A stretch of DNA of 6,575 nt from a virus (taxonomy: Duplodnaviria; Heunggongvirae; Uroviricota; Caudoviricetes), in the IMG/VR virus record IMGVR_UViG_2531839588_000017, positions 1 to 6,575 of that record; one strand, given 5' to 3'. This document shows positions 1 to 5,229 of the stretch, one piece after another (positions within the stretch are counted from its first letter, which is position 1; each line of letters starts with the position of its first letter). The translations under genes were made by a program, and so were the position numbers. The notes beneath the pieces are model-generated. The model did no database searches and was not told the DNA's origin. It worked only from the letters and a program-made list of their open reading frames with translations.

Positions 1-75
1 AGGGTATTGATCGTTTTAATCGATAGATAAATCAATATCTATCTGTTTAACAGATCGATTATTAGGGTAAACATG

Positions 76-99
76 AAAAAACACCCGTGAAGGGTGTTT
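76..99 (-). terminator. Rho-independent terminator downstream of parR
   Basis: Perfect 8-bp stem (plus 79-86 AAACACCC / 92-99 GGGTGTTT, loop GTGAA) which on the minus-strand transcript is followed by a U-run (plus 76-80 A-run). It lies within about 10 nt of the parR stop codon (105-107). Confidence 0.5.
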
Positions 100-104
100 G
101 TAGG

Positions 105-419
105 TTATTCTGGGAAAAACTCCTGAATGTTCCTTTTTAACTGGCTCTTACTGTGACTGTTTTCTGTTGCAGATGTGCCAGTATGCTTGTTTCGGATGTT
201 ATTTCTTGGTGGTATTGCTTCCTCTTCCTGCCATTCAGCCAGCCAGTAAGCAAAGGCGGGATCGCTTTTAATAAGCGCCAGTCCAGCCAGAAATGCCGCG
301 CGTTGCGCGCGGCTGCGTTCGGAGGCTGGCAGGCTGTCGAGATAATTACACGCTTCTCGTTCACTCTTGACGGCTGCTGGCTTCAGATAGAAACTTATCC
401 GTCTGGTTGGAGTCGTCAT
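105..419 (-). CDS. parR: ParR/StbB-like partition adaptor (centromere-binding protein), 104 aa
   Basis: Sub-ORF of the 105..554 track ORF, starting at the ATG at 417-419. An AAGGAG Shine-Dalgarno sits 7 nt upstream and the start is 4 nt after the parM stop. Translation MTTPTRRISFYLKP...LDSLPASERSRAQRAAFLAGLAL resembles the N-terminal DNA-binding region of plasmid R1 ParR as I recall it (LDSIPQGERSRLNRAALTAGLAL). The upstream part of the 149-aa track ORF overlaps parM and is not used. Confidence 0.75.
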   Translation of the reverse strand: MTTPTRRISFYLKPAAVKSEREACNYLDSLPASERSRAQRAAFLAGLALIKSDPAFAYWLAEWQEEEAIPPRNNIRNKHTGTSATENSHSKSQLKRNIQEFFPE

Positions 420-423
420 TGGT

Positions 424-1382
424 TTACTCCTTGTCCATTGCGTACAGCCCATTAACCAGAGCAAACTGTGGCACCCCGTCCGCGATGAAAGTCGCATTAA
501 CTCCGCAGGCTTCGCGGATAGCGGGTGCCACAATCTCCGCCCCGCCACCGACAACCATCACCCGCCCGTAACCCGAAAACCCCGCCAGCGCGCGGATCAC
601 TCGTTGTTTCAGTGTTTCTTCCTTTTCACGAATAACCGCCATCAGGCTGGCGTAATGCGCGTCATTGTGGATGTGCTGGCGCAACCAGGCTTCATCATGG
701 CGATGTTCGATAATGGTATTGGCGATGTGGTGACTGGTGCGCATACCGTTAGTGGCCATCACCGACAGTACGGCATCGGCCATCAGGGAAACGCCTACGT
801 GTGGATCGCAAAACACCTGGCTGATACCTGCCAGTTGTCCCTGAACCTTTGCCACATCCAGCGTGGTTCCGCCTAAATCCACAATCAGCAGGGATTCAAA
901 CGGACTCATGTCAGCCAGTGCTTTAAAACCAGCCGGAATGGATTCAGGCATAACCCGTACGTTACGGATAGTGAATGCTTTTCCGTTCTGGTACGCCACC
1001 GGGCGCATGACGTTGCTTTTTTGCGGTTGATGTTGGCCATGTCCGGCTGTGCGTTTGTGTCGAAATACTCGCTCAGTGGCAGGGTGACAACCACATCCAC
1101 TTCCTGTGGTGTGATGCCTGATTTGACCAGCGCGTGATGAATGGCAATTACATTCACATCGCTGTACTGGTATTGCGTGTCGGTCGTCTGGACAAAGCGA
1201 TCGCTGACCGGATCAAAACCATAGCGCACGCCATCAAGCATGTAGTTCGCGGGCTGCGTGCCACCGAACGGCGCAGACCATTCCGACTTGAAGCTGTTCG
1301 GGCTGATGGCGTTGCGGCGTTCGCCGTTCTCAGTCCATGCCAGCTTGATGTTGGTGGAGCCGTCGTCGATACAAATTTTCAT
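424..1382 (-). pseudogene. parM: ParM/StbA-like actin-type segregation ATPase interrupted by one frameshift (fragments 906..1382 and 424..1008)
   Basis: N-terminal fragment MKICIDDGSTNIKL... carries the phosphate-1 motif DDGST; C-terminal fragment carries phosphate-2 IVDLGGTTLDV and the adenosine motif VVGGGAEIV. Both fragments match R1 ParM from recall. The frame changes right after ...NINRKK at the plus-strand T6 run 1017-1022; one extra base there restores a single ORF of about 319 aa. AAGGA Shine-Dalgarno 9 nt upstream of the ATG at 1382. Confidence 0.75.
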
Positions 1383-1406
1383 GTCGCTTTTCCTTATGTT
1401 GATTAA

Positions 1407-2003
1407 TTAATCGGTTACAGGATTTTTAAATCCCGCTTTTGCCTGTTTTGTGCGCGCTTCATATATCGCGGCGCGTTTTTGCTCATTTACGGGATTTGTG
1501 AGTCCCGTTTCTGTCTGTTTTTTGTTTCCACTGGTCAGGCCACCCCGCAGCAGGTCTGCTTTGCGGTGGGCGCGTTCAGTGGTTTCACTGATTCTCTGTG
1601 CGTGCTCTGCGTCACGGATGGCGCGCAGCATGTCAGAAAGCACGGTAACGGGGGTTTTCATGGTGTTCTGGTCCTGCTGAAGTGTGGATGCCAGACGTGC
1701 GGCGGCTTCGGGGTCTGATGCCCCCAGTTGTTCCAGATAGCTGGCGACCGGGTTATGGCGGATCTCTGTGCTGCTTACGCCGTGATTACGGCTCAGGCGC
1801 TGCCAGAGCTGCGTGATTCGGCTGTCCGGGCGGGTATCCGGTTTGCGTACAATTTCAAATCCCTGCGGTGCAATGATGCTGCCGTCAACGTACAGGCTGC
1901 CGCCCCGTAACAGGTGCTGCATCTGCTGTTCACCGATATGCAGGCCGAGAGATTCAGCAGACTCCCGCCATTCTTTAGCGAGTAATTCGTGGTTATCAGG
2001 CAA
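1407..2003 (-). CDS. Hypothetical protein (198-aa ORF); may be the displaced C-terminus of the gpA-like gene and/or contain a separate small gene
   Basis: Open frame ending 24 nt upstream of parM. The track start is a TTG and the same frame has stops immediately upstream (2004-2144), so the true start is unclear. An internal ATG at 1659-1661 (MKTPVTVLSDMLRAIRDAEH...) could start an 84-aa product. The 3' end overlaps dyad repeats that may be parMR control sites. Confidence 0.4.
   Translation of the reverse strand: MPDNHELLAKEWRESAESLGLHIGEQQMQHLLRGGSLYVDGSIIAPQGFEIVRKPDTRPDSRITQLWQRLSRNHGVSSTEIRHNPVASYLEQLGASDPEAAARLASTLQQDQNTMKTPVTVLSDMLRAIRDAEHAQRISETTERAHRKADLLRGGLTSGNKKQTETGLTNPVNEQKRAAIYEARTKQAKAGFKNPVTD
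1420..1507 (-). promoter_or_regulatory. Candidate parMR promoter/operator or centromere-like sites (two dyad-symmetric 16-bp motifs)
   Basis: GGATTT-N5-TCCCG occurs twice (1420-1435 and 1492-1507), each internally dyad-symmetric (GGATTT/AAATCC; CGGGA/TCCCG), 40-125 bp upstream of the parM start. There is no conventional intergenic region upstream of parM to hold a parC-type site. Confidence 0.25.
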
Positions 2004-2533
2004 AGGCCGCTGCTGTTTGCGGCTCTGTGTCCAGTCTGCATTTCATCACTGCTGTTTTTTGCCTGTTTGTCACGAGCGAACGCATCAGCGCCCGGCGTTC
2101 GTGCCGTTTCAGTGAGCGCACCATTCGTTCACTCAACGCCGTCAGGAGCTGCGGCCACGGTGCTGGCCGTTCTTCCGGCTGTTCTGTCCCGTTGTTGTCG
2201 TTTCCTGTACACGGGGACAGTTATTGCCACGAGTCCAAGGGGCGGCAGGGCCGCCCTGAAGGTCAAAACCATTTTCGCGGGCGCTGTCTTCCGCTTCCGG
2301 TTTACGTCTTACCAGCTTCCAGTTATCCGGATGCGTGCACACCGGGAGATCCCCGATGAGGGCGACCAGATCCCGTAAATCTGTACGCTCTGTTCGCCGT
2401 AATCGTTCAGCCATCGCGAGGTCGTAGGCGGTGCGAATCAGGTAGTCTTGCGGGAACAAGTACGCCCCCTGTTTTCATGTAGGGGCAAAACACCGGCATC
2501 AGCGGCAGCGAGTACCGCATCCATTGCGTCTCT
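2001..2533 (-). pseudogene. C-terminal remnant of the gpA-like replication initiator, split over at least two frames
   Basis: Protein-like translation continues from the core ORF in another frame (2460-2535: ...WMRYSLPLMPVFCPYMKTGGVLVP), then in a third frame (2459 down to about 2240: QDYLIRTAYDLAMAERLRRTERTDLRDLVALIGDLPVCTHPDNWKLVRRKPEAEDSARENGFDL). In-frame stops at 2142-2144 and below interrupt that frame, while a different frame is open from 2238 to 2001. Confidence 0.35.
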
Positions 2534-3469
2534 TCAGCGTTGCGGGCCTTCCGGGTTGCGTGCCATCTGGCTGGCAAGGCGGCGCAGTTCACGCCACACC
2601 TGACGGGAGGGGATGCCAAAGAACTGGAACTGGCGGACCCGGTGAAGGCGCGCCCAGCCGATGGCGCGCTCCACGCTCTCGGCCATTGATTTTCCGGTTT
2701 CGTGGTCAACGCGTGGTTTGCCCGTTTTCGGGTCGATTCCATCCACGGCGCGGCTGTCCAGGTTTTTTCCGATGTAGGTGGCGATGTAGCTGGTTGGCGT
2801 GCCTTTGGAGCCGTCGACGTACTCCACCTTAAAGCGCGGAGTAATATCATTGCCCAGCTCGTGGCGGTCTTCCTGAATGGCAATATCGCGGGTGATGGCC
2901 ACGATGCTGTCGATTTCTTCCGGATGAGCAAAGACCATCATATGCCAGTGCACGGTGCCGTCATGGTGAGGCTCCACCGTGCGGATGCCATACCAGCGCA
3001 GGCCGTCGCGGTTCAGTTTTTTGCGGACCGCCGCAAAAAACGTGTTAACCAGGTAATCGCTGGAGTCGCGCATGGTGGCCCCGTTCCATTTGGGATTCGG
3101 ATGACCGTTCTCTGTTGTGGCGTGGTATTTTGACGGGCAGGTGACAGTCAGAAACACCGCTTTGTCGCCACGGGCTTCGGCCAGAAGTTCCAGTCCCTTC
3201 ATGGTGGCCATCATTTCTGCCTTACGGTGAACCGGGTTACTTACTCCCGCGTAATACACCGTCTCGAGATCAATCGTGAACCCGTCTTCATTTTCCAGCA
3301 TGAAACTTTTCAGGAAATCGCGTGTTTTCTCGCGCTGTGCGCGAAACTCGCTTAACGCGTCCTGGCTCAGATAGGGTGATGTTTTTCTGGAAACCAGACA
3401 GGCGGCGCGGAGTTGTTCTTCTCTCCACTCCAACGTAACAGCCACAGTTTGCGTTTCCACCATCCGCAC
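2534..3469 (-). CDS. Rolling-circle replication initiator, P2 gpA / phiX174 A family (HUH endonuclease core, 311-aa fragment)
   Basis: Contains ...TCPSKYH..., the HUH motif VEPHHDGTVHWHMMVF (about 2942-2950) and the paired catalytic tyrosines SYIATYIGKN (YxxxY, about 2774-2788), followed by ...QVWRELRRL. The track start is a GTG with an in-frame TGA directly upstream (3473-3475), so the ORF looks N-terminally truncated. Confidence 0.75.
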   Translation of the reverse strand: MRMVETQTVAVTLEWREEQLRAACLVSRKTSPYLSQDALSEFRAQREKTRDFLKSFMLENEDGFTIDLETVYYAGVSNPVHRKAEMMATMKGLELLAEARGDKAVFLTVTCPSKYHATTENGHPNPKWNGATMRDSSDYLVNTFFAAVRKKLNRDGLRWYGIRTVEPHHDGTVHWHMMVFAHPEEIDSIVAITRDIAIQEDRHELGNDITPRFKVEYVDGSKGTPTSYIATYIGKNLDSRAVDGIDPKTGKPRVDHETGKSMAESVERAIGWARLHRVRQFQFFGIPSRQVWRELRRLASQMARNPEGPQR

Positions 3470-3678
3470 AGGTCAGGCGAAGGATTGCGCCCGGCAGCAG
3501 TCCGTTCCGGTTCGCTCTTGTTCAGGCTCTAATGTGGGGCATGGTGCAGGGTAAGCATCGGCCAGCATCGTAGCCTTCACTTACATCCATGGTCAGTCGC
3601 CATCTGCCCAACCATCCAGAGTTCAAGGTGCTGCTGAACATGCCGCGTCATGGTGGCCAGCGTCTGTATCTGGTGTTG

Positions 3679-4215
3679 TTAGCTGCGGCAGGTAAAGCAA
3701 ATCGTCCAGGCGTTCGCGCCGGCAAGGGAGCGATAACCCGGTGTCAGCCAGGCGTCGTGCGTCCAGACGTTCGAATATTTTGCGCAGGGTTCCGGGCTAG
3801 CGTTCGCCTGCCAGCTCTTTTTGCCTTTCCGGCGATCGCTTCCTGTTTTTTGCGCAGGAAAGAGAGGTGGCGAATAAGCGGATCGCGCAGATAGGACAGG
3901 CAGTGCCTTTAGTGTGGCAAAGGCACGGGCTACTGGGTCTTGTTCTGTTGCCCGGCGCTTACTGATGATGCTCTGTGCCAGCTTTTCACGCTGTCCGGCT
4001 TCCTCAAGGGATGCCATGAGTTTTTTACCCATGGCGGATTGTGCGAAAAAGGCTTCTTCCTTCGCTTCCTGTTCTTCCTGTGCCCTTTTGTCTGCCTCAA
4101 GGTAGTAACGGATGGCGCGTTGCAGGTCGGTTTCAGTTTCCTGCCTGCGCTCCGTAAACCTGGCCGGATCAATGGCTGGCCGTGGTTCATTCCAGCTCCA
4201 TGCAAACTCGCTCAT
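3679..4215 (-). CDS. Probable N-terminal fragment of the gpA-like replication gene (hypothetical protein if independent)
   Basis: Sub-ORF of the 3679..4242 track ORF, starting at the ATG at 4213-4215, which overlaps the TGA stop of the upstream 129-aa ORF (ATGA). The first 100 or so residues are protein-like (MSEFAWSWNEPRPAIDPARFTERRQETETDLQRAIRYYLEADKRAQEEQEAKEEAFFAQS...); the distal part is low-complexity, suggesting frame loss before the stop at 3679. Assignment to gpA is by position and inference only. Confidence 0.4.
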   Translation of the reverse strand: MSEFAWSWNEPRPAIDPARFTERRQETETDLQRAIRYYLEADKRAQEEQEAKEEAFFAQSAMGKKLMASLEEAGQREKLAQSIISKRRATEQDPVARAFATLKALPVLSARSAYSPPLFPAQKTGSDRRKGKKSWQANASPEPCAKYSNVWTHDAWLTPGYRSLAGANAWTICFTCRS

Positions 4216-4601
4216 GGCTGGTATCCCGTCACGCGCTGCCACTCCTGCGAGAAGATGGCGGAAAGGCGGTTAAATTCAGCGGTGTATTCACTCAGCGAGG
4301 CACACCCGCCAGCAGTGCGATGCGCCAGCATTGCCGCGAATACGGAGGCCGGGGAGTCGTAATACGCCAGCAGTGATTCGCCGTGTGGTGTCAGGCAGTG
4401 CAACGCCAGCCCGTGTGGTGTGAAGTCCACGCGGTAGCAGTCGTCTACTGTGAAATAAAGGGTGTCCGCATTCTCCGGTTTTGTGGTGCGTGCTCTGTTG
4501 TCACGACCACGGATGTAGAGATCAAATAATCCCTGAAGAATGGGAGCCAGACGGGTGTCCTGTGTGCGCACCCATCTTGTGAAGTCATGAGCGTCAATCA
4601 T
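4212..4601 (-). CDS. Hypothetical protein, 129 aa
   Basis: ATG at 4599-4601 with a weak AAAGAG Shine-Dalgarno about 10 nt upstream; stop overlaps the next ORF's ATG (ATGA at 4212-4215). Protein-like composition (MIDAHDFTRWVRTQDTRLAPILQGLFDLYIRGRDN...). No family recognised. Confidence 0.55.
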   Translation of the reverse strand: MIDAHDFTRWVRTQDTRLAPILQGLFDLYIRGRDNRARTTKPENADTLYFTVDDCYRVDFTPHGLALHCLTPHGESLLAYYDSPASVFAAMLAHRTAGGCASLSEYTAEFNRLSAIFSQEWQRVTGYQP

Positions 4602-4673
4602 GCTGCAATTCTCTTTACTACAGATGTGCGAAGGCCTCCCGCCGCAAGGTGCAGGAAAGGCCTGGAACAGGAA

Positions 4674-4904
4674 TTAATGGAGTTTGTTTTGCTGCTGAAA
4701 GAGCTGCTGAAGCTCGCGCAGATCATCCGCCAGATAGCTGAAAACAGCGGATGAATAGAGGTTTGAAAGTTCGCAGCTACGCTCATGCAGCATATTGATG
4801 TGCATGATTTTAGCGACGCGGAATGCGCGGGAAAGTCTGCGGTTGATTTCAGTCTGGATGTGACGACGCTCCGCGATAGCGCGGTGCTGTTTGCGGTTTG
4901 CCAT
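4674..4904 (-). CDS. Small basic protein, 76 aa; first ORF downstream of the antisense-RNA locus (positional analogue of P1 icd / P4 epsilon, identity not established)
   Basis: ATG at 4902-4904 preceded by AGAGG about 9 nt upstream and a 6-bp hairpin (4925-4930 / 4939-4944). Translation MANRKQHRAIAERRHIQTEINRRLSRAFRVAKIMHINMLHERSCELSNLYSSAVFSYLADDLRELQQLFQQQNKLH. Confidence 0.55.
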   Translation of the reverse strand: MANRKQHRAIAERRHIQTEINRRLSRAFRVAKIMHINMLHERSCELSNLYSSAVFSYLADDLRELQQLFQQQNKLH

Positions 4905-4950
4905 GGTGTTTGGCCTCTTCGTTTGTGAGTTTTTGGATACTCACCAACCA

Positions 4951-4968
4951 GAGTTGAGAATCTCGGGG
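4951..4968 (-). promoter_or_regulatory. Sense target site C for the antisense RNA (transcript 5'-CCCCGAGAUUCUCAAC-3')
   Basis: Plus-strand GAGTTGAGAATCTCGGGG. Shares GTTGAGAATC(C/T)CGG with the copy at 5127-5143 and is complementary to the B element at 4981-4993. Lies about 50 nt upstream of the 76-aa ORF start. Confidence 0.4.
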
Positions 4969-4976
4969 TGGCGAGA

Positions 4977-5038
4977 CGTACGGGGTTCTCAACACCGGCA
5001 AACGAAGAAACCGGCCCGACCGAAGTCGGCCCCGTACG
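4977..5038 (-). ncRNA. Candidate c4/CI-like antisense immunity RNA (structured core)
   Basis: Minus-strand transcript has a 9-bp closing stem (CGUACGGGG at 5038-5030 pairing with CCCCGUACG at 4985-4977) enclosing a CCGAC-UUCG-GUCGG tetraloop hairpin, a short CCGG/CCGG hairpin, and the element GUUGAGAA, which is complementary to the two flanking AUUCUCAAC sites. No protein-like ORF in the segment. Confidence 0.45.
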
Positions 5039-5086
5039 CCCCACCATAATTCGTGTGCGAAAAAGACGTGGCAATACAGTACGCAC

Positions 5087-5107
5087 AAAAAAACCGCTGG
5101 CGCGGTT
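5087..5107 (-). terminator. Intrinsic terminator between sense site A and the RNA core
   Basis: Minus-strand hairpin AACCGC-GCCA-GCGGTT (plus 5092-5107) followed by a U-run (plus A-run 5087-5093), about 120 nt downstream of the predicted end of the 99-aa gene. Confidence 0.45.
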
Positions 5108-5126
5108 GTGCGCTTCGTTTGTCAGC

Positions 5127-5143
5127 AGGTTGAGAATCCCGGC
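5127..5143 (-). promoter_or_regulatory. Sense target site A for the antisense RNA (transcript 5'-CCGGGAUUCUCAACC-3')
   Basis: Plus-strand AGGTTGAGAATCCCGG; 12 of 13 positions complementary to the B element, same orientation as site C. Confidence 0.4.
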
Positions 5144-5229
5144 ACCCGTTTTATGAGGTGCAGCAGAAATGTAACCTGACTGATTGCGGCATGGCAAGCG
5201 GTTTTTTTGTGTGTGCATGCTCTGATTTC

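Noticed and set aside
137-364. Minus-strand 75-aa ORF in an alternative frame inside parR
   Set aside because: Fully nested in the parR coding region in another frame; no independent support.
153-455. Plus-strand 100-aa ORF
   Set aside because: Lies antisense to parR and the parM 3' end; low-complexity, Cys-rich translation with no ribosome-binding site.
604-876. Plus-strand 90-aa ORF
   Set aside because: Antisense to the conserved ParM C-terminal domain; an incidental open frame.
1134-1406. Plus-strand 90-aa ORF
   Set aside because: Antisense to the ParM N-terminal domain; an incidental open frame.
1793-2041. Minus-strand 82-aa ORF
   Set aside because: Overlaps the 198-aa ORF in another frame with low-complexity translation. 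Its 5' part may contain frame-shifted Rep sequence, but it is not an independent gene.
1450-2378. Cluster of plus-strand ORFs (1450..1680, 1479..1718, 1728..1910, 1813..2115, 1989..2378, 2027..2359)
   Set aside because: Mutually overlapping, Cys/Arg-rich translations antisense to the minus-strand Rep-related frames; typical spurious ORFs on the opposite strand of GC-rich coding DNA.
2407-2931. Minus-strand 174-aa ORF
   Set aside because: Most of it overlaps the motif-bearing gpA core ORF in a different frame. Only its last 25 or so codons (2460-2533) look like displaced Rep sequence, and these are covered by the pseudogene feature.
2524-3133. Plus-strand ORFs 2524..2832 and 2702..3133
   Set aside because: Antisense to the gpA HUH/Tyr core; no support.
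3589-4376. Plus-strand ORFs (3589..3894, 3914..4105, 3940..4362, 4182..4376) and the minus-strand ORF 3930..4205
   Set aside because: Overlap the better-supported minus-strand frames with low-complexity translations; 3930..4205 is an alternative frame of the N-terminal Rep fragment.
4977-5038. tRNA gene suggested by the stem-closed RNA structure
   Set aside because: About 62 nt with no D-arm, anticodon arm or T-arm and no T-loop consensus; better explained as a c4/CI-like regulatory RNA.
4951-5143. CRISPR array suggested by the repeated GTTGAGAA element
   Set aside because: Only three short copies, one inverted, with irregular spacing and no cas genes; the layout fits antisense-RNA target sites, not a CRISPR repeat-spacer array.
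4598-5229. Distal two-thirds of the 310-aa track ORF (4598..5530)
   Set aside because: Translation is S/T/R-rich low complexity and crosses an intrinsic terminator, the structured RNA and the 76-aa gene in another frame; it arises from read-through past a homopolymer, not from a real 310-aa protein.
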